Translations under genes and position numbers: made by a program
Part shown: positions 9,469-18,478 of the stretch, in pieces
How positions within the stretch are numbered: the first letter of the stretch is position 1
Layout of the letters: each line of letters opens with the position of its first letter
The notes under the pieces: model-generated
Seen by the model: the letters and a program-made list of their open reading frames with translations, nothing else
Databases searched by the model: none
Told to the model about the DNA's origin: nothing
From: Actinomycetota bacterium
Lineage (GTDB): Bacteria; Actinomycetota; UBA4738; HRBIN12
Direction of reading: 5' to 3'
Length of the DNA stretch: 64,000 nt
Assembly: GCA_035559315.1 (NCBI GenBank)
Contig: DATMBJ010000099.1
Span: 60-64,059, forward strand

Positions 9469-9895
9469 GCTCGACACGCTCGTAGCTTCTCTCCGCCCGA
9501 AGCGGGTCGTCCACGCCCACTGCGACCTCCCGTGCGGCGTCTACGACCCCGCCCAGGCCAGGATCGAGGCCGAGTCGGTGAAGGCGATCCAGGAGCGCTA
9601 CCAGGACCCCGAGAAGTTCAAGAAGCCCTCGGAGACCGTCGAGGACTACCGCGCGCGGTGCCTGATCATCAAGGAGCAGCGCGCGAACATGGTGAAGGAG
9701 CACCTCTGGGTGCTCTGGACCGACTACTTCAAGCCCGAGCACCTCGAGAAGTACCCGCAGCTCCACGAGCTGTTCTGGAAGGCCACGAAGGAGGCGGGCG
9801 AGGCGAAGAAGTCCCAGGACCCCGCGCAGGGCCAGCGGCTCCTGGACGCGATCGACGAGATCGCCAAGATCTTCTGGGAGACGAAGGCCGCCTAG
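9467..9895 (+). CDS. sodN: nickel-containing superoxide dismutase (with N-terminal propeptide)
   Basis: The nickel-hook motif HCDLPCGVYDP follows a 17-aa leader MLDTLVASLRPKRVVHA. The SD GGAAGGAGGGG lies just upstream of the ATG at 9467. Confidence 0.92.
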   Translation: MLDTLVASLRPKRVVHAHCDLPCGVYDPAQARIEAESVKAIQERYQDPEKFKKPSETVEDYRARCLIIKEQRANMVKEHLWVLWTDYFKPEHLEKYPQLHELFWKATKEAGEAKKSQDPAQGQRLLDAIDEIAKIFWETKAA

Positions 9896-9919
9896 CGGCG
9901 GGCCCCGCGCCGGGGCGAC

Positions 9920-9947
9920 GGAGGGCGGGGCCGGAGCCCCGCCCTCC
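9920..9947. terminator. bidirectional hairpin between convergent sodN and the GYD gene
   Basis: Perfect 12-bp stem GGAGGGCGGGGC / GCCCCGCCCTCC with loop CGGA. There is no clear U-tract. Confidence 0.55.
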
Positions 9948-9959
9948 CCTTGCGACCGC

Positions 9960-10253
9960 TCAGCCGGCCTTCGAGATGATCCGCTCCATCTCCTCGGGCT
10001 CGAACGCGCGGAGCGTCGTCGTCCGCACGTTGCCCTGCGAGCCGAGCGCGAGCAGGAACGCCGTCCCGGTCTCGTCGTCGGGGAACTCCGTGATCGTCAC
10101 GACGTCGTAGGGCCCGAGGGTCCAGAGGATCCGCTCGAGCTTCCCACCCATCTTCTCGGCGAACCGCGCGGCGTCGTTCGCGCGGTTCACGGTGTCCCGG
10201 AAGGTCTTGATGCCCTGCTCGGTCCAGCTGATCAGGCTCACGTACTTCGGCAT
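9960..10253 (-). CDS. GYD domain-containing protein
   Basis: MPKYVSLISWTEQGIKTFRDTVNRA...LGPYDVVTITEFPDDETGTAFLLALGSQGNVRTTTLRAF matches the family. The ATG at 10253 has the SD GAGGAGGG. Confidence 0.8.
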   Translation of the reverse strand: MPKYVSLISWTEQGIKTFRDTVNRANDAARFAEKMGGKLERILWTLGPYDVVTITEFPDDETGTAFLLALGSQGNVRTTTLRAFEPEEMERIISKAG

Positions 10254-10525
10254 GGTCCCTCCTCGGGGTTCGGCGGGCACCTCCGGGGGCGCAGGAGCGG
10301 GGGGGCGCGCGGACCCGGACCCATCGCGACGGCAGCTCGCAGGGCCCTCCTCCTCGAGCCACTGCCTCCTCCTCCGCCGTGCGGGCTCCCGCAGCGTACA
10401 CCCGGGGAGGGACCGGGGGATAGGGCGGGCTCGCTCCTCGGGGATGCCCGGGTCGCCCGCCCCCGCGGGGAGCGAGAGGCCGTCCGCCCCCCCGGGAACC
10501 CGCCGGTCCCTACACTGGCCCCGGC

Positions 10526-11509
10526 GTGAAGGACATCGGCCTCGTCGGGGTCCCCCACTCGGGGAAGACCACGCTCTTCACCGCGCTCACCCGCCACGGC
10601 GCGGCCGGGGGCCGGGCGAACCAGGCCGTCGTGCCGGTCCCCGACCAGCGGCTCGAGGTCCTCGCCCGGCTCGAGGGGTCGGCCAGGATCGTCCCCGCGC
10701 AGGTGCGGTTCGTCGACGTGCCGGGGGGGACGTCGTCGGCCCAGGGGATCGCGCGGCTCCGCCAGGTCGACGCCCTGTGCGTCGTGGTGCGGGCCTTCGG
10801 GCCCGACGCGGACCCGCCGAAGGAGCTCGCCGAGGTCCGCACCGAGCTGCTCCTCGCCGATCTGGCCGTCGTGGAGTCGGCCCTGGAGGGCGCGCGGAAG
10901 CGGGCGCGCGGCGGGCGCTCGCCGGCCGAGGAGGTGGCCGCGCTCGAGCGGGCCCGCGAGGCCCTCGCGGCCGAGATCCCGCTCCGCGACGCCGCCCTCG
11001 ACGAGGACACCCGCCGCCACCTTCGGGCGGTCGCCCCCCTCACGCTCAAGCCGGAGGTGGTCGTGGCCAACCTGGAGGAGGGCGCCCAGGTCCCTCCGGG
11101 CCTCCCCGAGGGGACGATCGGGGTGTGGGCGGCGCTGGAGGCCGAGACCGCCGGGATGCCCGAGGACGAGGCCCGGGCCCTCCTCGAGGGCTTCGGCGTG
11201 ACCGAGCCTGGGCTCGAGCGGGTGATCCGGGCCTGCTACCGGGCCCTCGACCTCATCACGTTCCTCACCTTCAACCCGGACGAGGCCCGGGCGTGGGAGG
11301 TCCGCCGGGGCGCGAAGGCGCCGGAGGCGGCGGGCGTGATCCACTCCGACCTGGAGCGCGGCTTCATCCGGGCCGAGGTCGTCTCCTTCGACGACCTCGT
11401 GGCCGCCGGTGGGTGGGACGCGGCGAAGCACCGCGGCCTGGTCCGCGTGGAGGGCAGGGACTACGAGGTGCGGGAGGGCGACGTGATCCATGTCCGGTTC
11501 GCCGTCTGA
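10526..11509 (+). CDS. ychF: redox-regulated ATPase YchF
   Basis: It has the P-loop GLVGVPHSGKTTLF and the C-terminal TGS-like region ITFLTFNPDEARAWEVRRGAKAPEAAGVIHSDLERGFIRAEV...EGRDYEVREGDVIHVRF. Confidence 0.85.
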   Translation: MKDIGLVGVPHSGKTTLFTALTRHGAAGGRANQAVVPVPDQRLEVLARLEGSARIVPAQVRFVDVPGGTSSAQGIARLRQVDALCVVVRAFGPDADPPKELAEVRTELLLADLAVVESALEGARKRARGGRSPAEEVAALERAREALAAEIPLRDAALDEDTRRHLRAVAPLTLKPEVVVANLEEGAQVPPGLPEGTIGVWAALEAETAGMPEDEARALLEGFGVTEPGLERVIRACYRALDLITFLTFNPDEARAWEVRRGAKAPEAAGVIHSDLERGFIRAEVVSFDDLVAAGGWDAAKHRGLVRVEGRDYEVREGDVIHVRFAV

Positions 11510-12764
11510 GGACGAGGGCGGTCGCCCGACGGGCGGCGCGGAGGGGCGATCGGTCGCGGCGACCGGGCCCCGCACGTGGCTCACCCGTGGCGTCCTCGGG
11601 ATCGGCCTGGCGAGCTTCCTCTCCGACCTGGGGCACGAGGTGCCCACCGCGCTCCTCCCCTCGTTCCTCGTGGGGACCCTGGGTGCCCCGGCCGCCGCCC
11701 TCGGGTTGGTGGAGGGGGCCGCCGACGCGCTCGCGGGAGCCGCCAAGCTCGCGGGCGGCGCCCTCGCCGACGACCCGTCCCGCCGGCGGGCCACGGCGGT
11801 CGGGAGCTACGCCACCACCGCCGTCCTCTCCGGCCTGATCGGCGCGGCGGGGGCGCCCTGGCAGGTCGGCGTCCTCCGCGGAGGCGCCTGGGCCGCCCGG
11901 GGCCTGCGGACCCCCGCCCGCAACGCCCTCCTGGCCGAGGCCGCGACGCCCGGTGCCTACGGTCGGGCCTACGGCTTCGAGCGAGCCATGGACAACCTCG
12001 GGGCGATCGCGGGTCCGCTCCTCGGGGTCGCGCTCGTCGCCGCCCTCGGGGTCCGGGGGGCGATCCTCGCCTCGGCCGTGCCGGGGCTCCTCGCGGCGGC
12101 CGCGGTGTTCGACGCGGTCCGGCACATCCGGGCGCGGGGCGATGCGCCCCGGCGGCCGGCTCGACAGGTCCGTCCCCGCGTGCGCGCCGTGCTCCGCGGG
12201 AGCCTGGGGCGCACGATGGTCGCCATCGCGGCGTTCGAGGTGGGGAACGTGGCGGCCACGCTCCTCATCCTCCGGGCCACCGAGGTCCTCGCGCCCGGGC
12301 GTGGCCCCCGCGGGGCGGCGGCCCTGTCCCTGGTCCTCTACACCGCCTACAACCTCGCGGCGACCCTGGCGTCGGTCCCCGCCGGGCGGCTGGCCGACCG
12401 CCGGGGCCCGCGCCTCGCGTTCGCCCTCGGCGTCTGGCTGTTCCTCCTCGCGTACCTCGCGTTCGCCGCCGCCGGCGACGGGCTCGTCCTCGCGGCCGCC
12501 TTCGTCCTGGCGGGGGTGGGGATCGGCTGCGTGGAGACCGCCGAGCACGCGGCCGTCGCCCGCCTCGCGCCGCCGCCCCTCCAGGGCAGCGCGTTCGGGG
12601 TCCTGGGCGCCGCCCAGAGCCTCGGGAACCTCGTCGCGAGCGGCGTCACCGGCCTGCTCTGGACCGCGGTCGCGCCGGGCGCCGCGTTCCTCTGGCCGGC
12701 CGCGTGGATGGCCGCCAGCCTCTCGCTCCTCGCCCTGGGGGCTCGCCGGACCGAGAGGTCTTGA
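11490..12764 (+). CDS. MFS transporter
   Basis: 424-aa ORF with about 12 hydrophobic segments (GIGLASFLSDLGHEVPTALLPSFL...). It overlaps the ychF end by 20 nt, so the start is uncertain. Confidence 0.75.
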   Translation: MSGSPSEDEGGRPTGGAEGRSVAATGPRTWLTRGVLGIGLASFLSDLGHEVPTALLPSFLVGTLGAPAAALGLVEGAADALAGAAKLAGGALADDPSRRRATAVGSYATTAVLSGLIGAAGAPWQVGVLRGGAWAARGLRTPARNALLAEAATPGAYGRAYGFERAMDNLGAIAGPLLGVALVAALGVRGAILASAVPGLLAAAAVFDAVRHIRARGDAPRRPARQVRPRVRAVLRGSLGRTMVAIAAFEVGNVAATLLILRATEVLAPGRGPRGAAALSLVLYTAYNLAATLASVPAGRLADRRGPRLAFALGVWLFLLAYLAFAAAGDGLVLAAAFVLAGVGIGCVETAEHAAVARLAPPPLQGSAFGVLGAAQSLGNLVASGVTGLLWTAVAPGAAFLWPAAWMAASLSLLALGARRTERS

Positions 12765-12780
12765 CGCCCGGAGGTCCGCC

Positions 12781-12812
12781 GGTCTAGAAACCGACCGCAA
12801 TGGTCTATACCA
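12781..12812. promoter_or_regulatory. HutC/GntR-type operator pair (GGTCTAGAAACC and TGGTCTATACCA)
   Basis: AATGGTCTATACCAGC differs at one core position from the Streptomyces DasR dre core TGGTCTAGACCA. It lies upstream of the GntR gene start chosen here. Confidence 0.4.
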
Positions 12813-12886
12813 GCACCCGGCGGGCCGTCGCCGGGTCCGACGTTTCATTCCGGGCCGCCCCGCCCCGCGCGGGAGAGCGCTCGGGG

Positions 12887-13591
12887 GTGGCGGCCTACCT
12901 CGAGATCGAGGAGGAGCTCGCCGACCGGATCGAGTCGGGGGACTTCCCAACGGGGACCCGCCTCCCCGGCGAGCGGGACCTCGCTCGCCGCCTGGGCGTC
13001 TCCCGCATGACGGTCCGGCAGGCCCTCACCCGCCTCGAGCACCGCGGGTTGATCGTCCGCCAGCAGGGCCGGGGCACGTTCGTTGCCGCGCCCAAGCTGC
13101 GGCAGGATGCGACGGTGCTCCGGGGGTTCTTCGAACAGATGGTGGGCCAGGGGGTCTTCCCCGTTTCCCGGTGCATCGCGAGGGAGGAGCTGCCGGCGTC
13201 CGCCGCCATCGCCCAGATCCTCCACGTCCGACTGGGGGAGCCGGTCTACAAGGTGGTCCGGGTCCGGTCGGCCAACGACCAGCCGATCGTGCTCGAGACC
13301 TCGTACTTCCCCGCGGCCATCGTCCCCGGCCTCCTCGACCTCGACCTCGAGCGATCCTCGATCTACCGGCTGATGGACCGCCGCTTCGACGCGCGGCCCG
13401 TCCGCGCCGTCCAGTCGCTCGAGCCGGTCGTCGCGGAGCGGGCGGAGGCCGCCCTCCTCCGGGTCCCCGTGGGGTCGCCGCTCATGCTCGTCGAGCGGAC
13501 CGCCTGGGACCGCGCGGGGAGGGCGGTGGAGCACGCCAGGGACCTCTACCGGGGTGATCGGAGCCGCTTCGTGACGGAGCTGAAGCTGTAA
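12887..13591 (+). CDS. GntR-family (HutC subfamily, UTRA domain) transcriptional regulator
   Basis: YLEIEEELADRIESGDFPTGTRLPGERDLARRLGVSRMTVRQALTRLEHRGLIVRQQGRGTFV is followed by a UTRA-like C-terminal half. The GTG at 12887 is preferred to the ATG at 12800, which sits inside the operator. Confidence 0.85.
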   Translation: MAAYLEIEEELADRIESGDFPTGTRLPGERDLARRLGVSRMTVRQALTRLEHRGLIVRQQGRGTFVAAPKLRQDATVLRGFFEQMVGQGVFPVSRCIAREELPASAAIAQILHVRLGEPVYKVVRVRSANDQPIVLETSYFPAAIVPGLLDLDLERSSIYRLMDRRFDARPVRAVQSLEPVVAERAEAALLRVPVGSPLMLVERTAWDRAGRAVEHARDLYRGDRSRFVTELKL

Positions 13592-13619
13592 GGAGGTCGC
13601 CGGCAAGGAGGGGGGAGCC

Positions 13620-15230
13620 ATGGCAGAGGTGGCCGCGCCGACGCCGCGGTTGTTCGTCCGCAAGACGTCGGGCCTGATCAGGACGATCGGGGTGTGGGGC
13701 GCCCTGGCGTTCGGGGTCCACTGCATCTCGCTCTCGTCCTCGGGCATCATCACGTTCCAGTGGGTCCCGTCGCTGTGGCCCGGGGCGAGCATCATCGGGA
13801 TCCTCACGGTCTCCGCGCTGTTCTGCGCGATGCACGCCTACACGTACTCGCAGATCGGCGCGGCGGCGCCGAGGGCGGGAGCGGATTACACGCTCGCGAG
13901 CCGAACGCTCCACCCGCTGCTCGCGTTCCCCGCGAGCTTCGCGCTCGTGCTGTTCAGCGGGCTCGTGGCCGGCGCTCTGATCGCCTGGATCCCGACGGTG
14001 GCGCTCCCCGCCTTCCTCCAGGCCAGCGGGATCCTCTACGACCAGGCTTGGGCGGTGCGGTTCGCCGAGTGGTCGGGGACCCCCACGGGGATCGTGGTGA
14101 TCGGCACGATCGGCGTGCTGGTCACGCTTTGGTCCCTCATGTTCCCGACCCGGACCGTGGTGAAGGTCCTGGGCCTGGGGCTGGTCCTGGGCCTCGTGGC
14201 CTGGGCGGTGATCCTGCTGTCGTTCGCCACCGGGAGCCGGGAGACGTTCGTCGCGAACTGGGACCGTTTCGTCCCGAACGGCCCCTTCGACCGGGTCCTC
14301 CCCGTGGCCCGCGAGAACGGGATCGAGTTCACCCGGGGCTTCGGCACGACGACCCTCGCCGGGCTGATCATGGGGTTCTGGGTCTTCTACGGGTACTACA
14401 TCCCCACCTTCTTCGCCGGCGAGGTCAAGGAGGCCCCCCGGACGCTGCTGTGGGGCGCATGGGGATCGCTGTTCACGACATGGTTCGTGTTCGCCCTCGG
14501 GGCGTTCCTCCTCCTCCGGCACGTGCCTCAGGACTGGATCGCCGCCCAGGGCTACCTCTACACGGTGGGGCCCGAGGGGTTCGACACGTTCCCCTTCGTA
14601 ACCTTCTACGCATCGATGATGCAGCCGAACGTCTTGTTCTTCCTGATCATGGCGGTCGGCTTCATCTACACGCTGATCAACCTGGCCCAGACCTACTTCT
14701 TCTACTGCTCGCGGATCATCTTCGCCTGGGCCTTCGACCGGATCGTCCCGGAGAAGCTCGCGTACGTGCATCCGGAGACCGGCAGCCCTCGGGTCGCGGT
14801 GCTCCTCGTTGCCATCCTGGCCGAGCTGGGGGTCCTGGCCTCGGCCTACTACTCGGTCCTGTTCGTGCAGTTCAACTTCGTCTTCTACGCCGCGATCACG
14901 ATGGTGGTTCCGATCATCGCCGCGATCGTCTACCCGTACCGCAAGCGCGAGCTGTGGGAGGCGGGCGCCGGACATGTCCGCTCGATGGTCGCCGGCATCC
15001 CCACGATGACGCTCGTGGGGATCGGGACGCTGCTGTTCGTGCTGTGGCTCGTGGCGTCGGTCTTCATCTACCCGGCGGTGGGGCTCGGGGAGAACGTCGA
15101 CACCGTGCTCCTCACGTTCGCGGTCATCGTCGCGGCCGGCGTCGCGGTGTTCCTCGTGGCCCGGTGGTACCGGATGAGCCGCGAGGGGATCGACATCATG
15201 GCCACGTTCCAGGAGATCCCGCCGGCGTGA
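13620..15230 (+). CDS. APC-superfamily permease
   Basis: 536-aa polytopic ORF with the SD AAGGAGGGGGG. Its architecture is that of an amino-acid/polyamine/organocation permease. The substrate is unknown. Confidence 0.85.
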   Translation: MAEVAAPTPRLFVRKTSGLIRTIGVWGALAFGVHCISLSSSGIITFQWVPSLWPGASIIGILTVSALFCAMHAYTYSQIGAAAPRAGADYTLASRTLHPLLAFPASFALVLFSGLVAGALIAWIPTVALPAFLQASGILYDQAWAVRFAEWSGTPTGIVVIGTIGVLVTLWSLMFPTRTVVKVLGLGLVLGLVAWAVILLSFATGSRETFVANWDRFVPNGPFDRVLPVARENGIEFTRGFGTTTLAGLIMGFWVFYGYYIPTFFAGEVKEAPRTLLWGAWGSLFTTWFVFALGAFLLLRHVPQDWIAAQGYLYTVGPEGFDTFPFVTFYASMMQPNVLFFLIMAVGFIYTLINLAQTYFFYCSRIIFAWAFDRIVPEKLAYVHPETGSPRVAVLLVAILAELGVLASAYYSVLFVQFNFVFYAAITMVVPIIAAIVYPYRKRELWEAGAGHVRSMVAGIPTMTLVGIGTLLFVLWLVASVFIYPAVGLGENVDTVLLTFAVIVAAGVAVFLVARWYRMSREGIDIMATFQEIPPA

Positions 15231-15261
15231 GCGCCTCGGCGCGTGCCGGGAGGCGGTCGCG

Positions 15262-16251
15262 GTGAAGCGCTTCTTCACGCCGCGCTCCGACCGCCCCGGG
15301 GCCGGCTGGATCCGGCTGCTGTTCACCGCGGACCTGCACGGCTCGAACGCCGCCTTCCGCAAGCTGCTCACGGCGGCCAAGCTCCACCGGGTCCAGCACG
15401 TGATCGTGGGCGGCGACCTCACCGGCAAGGCGATCGTCCCGATCGTGAAGGTCGACGGGCGCCACGAGGCCTGGCTGTTCGGGAACCGCGAGGAGGTGGA
15501 GACGGAGGCAGAGCTCCGGGCCCTGCGGGAGAAGATCGGCACGGTCGGCTTCTACGACCACGTCTGCACCCCGGACGAGGCCCGGGCCCTCGACGCGGAC
15601 CCCGAGGGCCTCCGTCGGCTCTTCGTCGAGAAGATGAACGCCCGGCTGCGGGAGTGGCTGGACCTCGCGGGTGAGCACCTCGAGCCGCTGGGCGCCCCGC
15701 TCTGGGTGATCCCGGGGAACGACGACGATCCGTCGGTCGATCCGGTGCTCGAGGCCGCGGGCTACGCGCGGATGGTCGACCACCGCGTCGTCGAGATCGA
15801 CGAGCACCACGAGCTGGTCTCGCTCGGGGACACCTCGATGACCCCGTGGGAGTGCCCGAGGGATTACCCCGAGGAGCACATGTACCGGGTCGTGGGCGAG
15901 CTCCTGTCGAAGGTCCGGGACCCCGACACAGCGATCCTCAACTTCCACTGCCCGCCCCGGAACACCAAGATCGACCAGTGCCCGGCGCTGAACGAGCGGC
16001 TGGAGATCGTGCACCAGGGCGGACAGGTCGTGACGACCTCGGCGGGCTCGGCCGCGATCCGGGAGGGGATCGAGCAGCTCCAGCCGCTCCTCTCCCTCCA
16101 CGGCCACATCCACGAAGCCCGCGGGTCCCACCAGATCGGCCGCACCCTGGCCCTGAACCCCGGTTCGGAGTACGCCGAGGGGATCCTCAAGGCGGCGATC
16201 GTGAACCTCGAACCCCGCCGGGTGAAGGGCTACCTCCTGATCAGCGGATGA
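15262..16251 (+). CDS. metallophosphoesterase (calcineurin-like) family protein
   Basis: The phosphoesterase motifs are present in order: LLFTADLHGS, VIVGGDLTGK, VIPGNDDD, LNFHCPP and SLHGHIHEARG. Confidence 0.75.
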   Translation: MKRFFTPRSDRPGAGWIRLLFTADLHGSNAAFRKLLTAAKLHRVQHVIVGGDLTGKAIVPIVKVDGRHEAWLFGNREEVETEAELRALREKIGTVGFYDHVCTPDEARALDADPEGLRRLFVEKMNARLREWLDLAGEHLEPLGAPLWVIPGNDDDPSVDPVLEAAGYARMVDHRVVEIDEHHELVSLGDTSMTPWECPRDYPEEHMYRVVGELLSKVRDPDTAILNFHCPPRNTKIDQCPALNERLEIVHQGGQVVTTSAGSAAIREGIEQLQPLLSLHGHIHEARGSHQIGRTLALNPGSEYAEGILKAAIVNLEPRRVKGYLLISG

Positions 16252-17015
16252 GCGGCGGACCCGTGCCCCCGTTCTCCTACGAGGAGCTCCGCCCCTTCGC
16301 GGACGCGATCCTCGAGGAGGCGGAGCGACGCGGAACGGCCCTGCGGCTCATGGGGGGCATGGCGATAAGGGATCGGTCCCGCGACCTCGGGGGCCTCGAC
16401 GCCGGGAGCCGGCGCTACGCAGACCTGGACGTCGTCGGGAGGCTCCGGGAGGTACGGGCCCTGGACACGCTGTTCCGGGAACTGGGGTACGAGCCGGACC
16501 AGGCGGTCAACACCCAGTTCGGGACGGTTCGCCGTATCTACCACCACCCGGCCGGGTTCCACGTGGACCTGGTCTTCGAGCGGCTCGAGTTCTGCCACGA
16601 GATCGACCTCCGCGGCCGCCTGGAGCTCGTTCCTCGGACCCTCGCGCCCGCGGACCTCGCGCTCCAGAAGCTCCAGATCGTCGAGCGGAACGAGAAGGAC
16701 GTGATCGACCTCTTCCTGCTCCTCCTCAACCACGAGCTGCGCGAGCGGGACCACGGGGCGATCGAGGTCGACCGGATCGTCGGCCTCGCTGCGGACGACT
16801 GGGGCCTCTACACGACCGCGACCGACTTCCTCGCGGACGCGCTCGTGCTCGCCGCGAGGACGCCGATGCGCGAGGACGCCCGCGCCTTGGTCGCGGAGCG
16901 GATCGGGGAGCTCAGGGGCCGGATGGAGGCCGCCCCCAAGTCGGCCCGTTGGCGGCTGCGGAGCCGGGTCGGTCGCCGGGTCCGCTGGTACCGGGTCGTG
17001 GAGGAGATCACGTGA
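16248..17015 (+). CDS. nucleotidyltransferase-like (pol-beta fold) hypothetical protein
   Basis: LMGGMAIRDRS...YADLDVVG fits the G[GS]-x(n)-DxD pattern. The start overlaps the upstream stop (ATGA). The assignment is weak. Confidence 0.6.
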   Translation: MSGGPVPPFSYEELRPFADAILEEAERRGTALRLMGGMAIRDRSRDLGGLDAGSRRYADLDVVGRLREVRALDTLFRELGYEPDQAVNTQFGTVRRIYHHPAGFHVDLVFERLEFCHEIDLRGRLELVPRTLAPADLALQKLQIVERNEKDVIDLFLLLLNHELRERDHGAIEVDRIVGLAADDWGLYTTATDFLADALVLAARTPMREDARALVAERIGELRGRMEAAPKSARWRLRSRVGRRVRWYRVVEEIT

Positions 17016-17043
17016 CCGGGTGGGAGGAGGGCGGGCGCGAGCC

Positions 17044-18474
17044 GTGAACGTACTCGCGATCGACCAGGGAACCTCCGCCACCAAGGCCCTCGTCGTCTCC
17101 GACGAAGGAAGGGTCCTCGCGGAGGCCGAGGCGCCCGTCCGGCCCCGCGCGACCCCGGACGGCGGCGTCGAGCAGGACCCCGAGGAGCTGTGGGACTCGG
17201 TCGTAGAGGCCGGCGGGAAGGCGCTCGAAGAGGCCGGCGCTCCGGTGGAGGCCCTCGGCCTCGCCAACCAGGGCGAGACCGTCCTCGCGTGGGATCCGCG
17301 GACCGGCCGCCCGCTCTCCGCGGCGATCAGCTGGCAGGACGGACGAGCCGCGGACGTCTGCCGTCGGCTCGGGGCGCACGCGGAGGAGCTCCGCGAGATG
17401 ACCGGGCTCCCCCTCGACCCCTACTTCTCGGCGCCGAAGATCGCGTGGCTGCGCGAGCACCGCACGACCGAGGGCGTGGTCACGACGACCGACGCGTGGC
17501 TCCTCAACCGGCTCACCGGGCGGGCGGTGACCGACGCCGCCACCGCCTCCCGAACCCTCCTCCTCGACCTGGACCTCGTGGAGTGGTCGCCCCGGGCCTG
17601 CGAGCTCTTCGGGGTCGACCCCGAAACCCTCCCCGAGATCCTGCCCTGCGCTGGCCTGGTCGGCGAGACCGGCGCGTTCGGGAACCGGCCCATCCCGGTG
17701 GCAGGGCTCGCCGTGGACCAGCAGGCCGCCCTGTTCGCGGAAGCGTGCCTGGAGCCCGGCGAGGCCAAGTGCACCTACGGGACCGGCGCGTTCCTCCTGG
17801 CCACGGTGGGGACGGCCGCCCGCCGTTCGCGCGCGGGCCTGGTCTCATGCGTCGCGTGGCGGCTGGACCGCACGACGTACTGCCTCGACGGCCAGGTGTT
17901 CTCGGCGGGTTCGGCGGTCGGCTGGCTCGCCGAGGTCGGCCTCATCCACGACCCGACGGACCTGGACCGCCTGGGCGGGTCGGTCCCCACCCCCGAAGGC
18001 GCTGCCTTCGTCCCGGGCCTCGCCGGGCTCGGGGCCCCGTTCTGGCGACCCGAGGCCCATGGAGCGTTCACGGGGCTCTCGCTCGCGACCACGCGGGCTC
18101 ACCTGGTGCGGGCGTTCATCGAGGGCGTGGCCGCGAGCGTGGCATGGCTCGCCCGGGCTGTAGCCGAGGACCTGGGTTCCCCCCTCGCCCGGCTCCGCGT
18201 GGACGGCGGGCTCACGCGCTCGCGCACCCTGATGCAGACCCAGGCCGACCTGCTCCAGGCGCCGGTCGAGGTCTACCCTTCGCCCAACGCGACCGCCCTC
18301 GGCGTCGCGGCCTTCGCCCGGCTGGGCATGGGGTGGGCGCGGGACGCCCGGGAGGCGACCGGCGGGTGGCGGCCGGCCGCGGTGTACGAACCGGCTTGCT
18401 CCCTGGACGAGGCCGAGGCTCGCCTCCGGGCCTGGCGGGCGGCGGTCGAGGCGACCATGGACCTCCACGGCTAA
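17044..18474 (+). CDS. FGGY-family carbohydrate kinase, glycerol-kinase-like
   Basis: LAIDQGTSATKALVV...LGLANQGETVLAWD...AISWQDGRA...TGLPLDPYFSAPKIAWL follows the GlpK-type layout. The GTG at 17044 is chosen as the start. Confidence 0.85.
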   Translation: MNVLAIDQGTSATKALVVSDEGRVLAEAEAPVRPRATPDGGVEQDPEELWDSVVEAGGKALEEAGAPVEALGLANQGETVLAWDPRTGRPLSAAISWQDGRAADVCRRLGAHAEELREMTGLPLDPYFSAPKIAWLREHRTTEGVVTTTDAWLLNRLTGRAVTDAATASRTLLLDLDLVEWSPRACELFGVDPETLPEILPCAGLVGETGAFGNRPIPVAGLAVDQQAALFAEACLEPGEAKCTYGTGAFLLATVGTAARRSRAGLVSCVAWRLDRTTYCLDGQVFSAGSAVGWLAEVGLIHDPTDLDRLGGSVPTPEGAAFVPGLAGLGAPFWRPEAHGAFTGLSLATTRAHLVRAFIEGVAASVAWLARAVAEDLGSPLARLRVDGGLTRSRTLMQTQADLLQAPVEVYPSPNATALGVAAFARLGMGWARDAREATGGWRPAAVYEPACSLDEAEARLRAWRAAVEATMDLHG

Positions 18475-18478
18475 GCGG

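Noticed and set aside
10254-10525. Unusually long (about 270 nt) GC-rich spacer between the GYD gene and ychF, inspected for a riboswitch, sRNA or small ORF
   Set aside because: Only generic GC stems were seen (for example CTCGCTCC...GGAGCGAG). There was no recognisable riboswitch core, and candidate ORFs overlap neighbouring genes out of frame. A TACACT -10 lies 9 nt before the ychF GTG and suggests a near-leaderless promoter. Nothing more could be supported without covariation or expression data.
12800-12886. ORF-track ATG start (12800) for the GntR regulator
   Set aside because: That ATG lies inside the operator-like TGGTCTATACCA. The first 29 codons are not part of the winged-helix domain, which in HutC regulators begins close to the N-terminus, so the GTG at 12887 was preferred. 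This is not proven.
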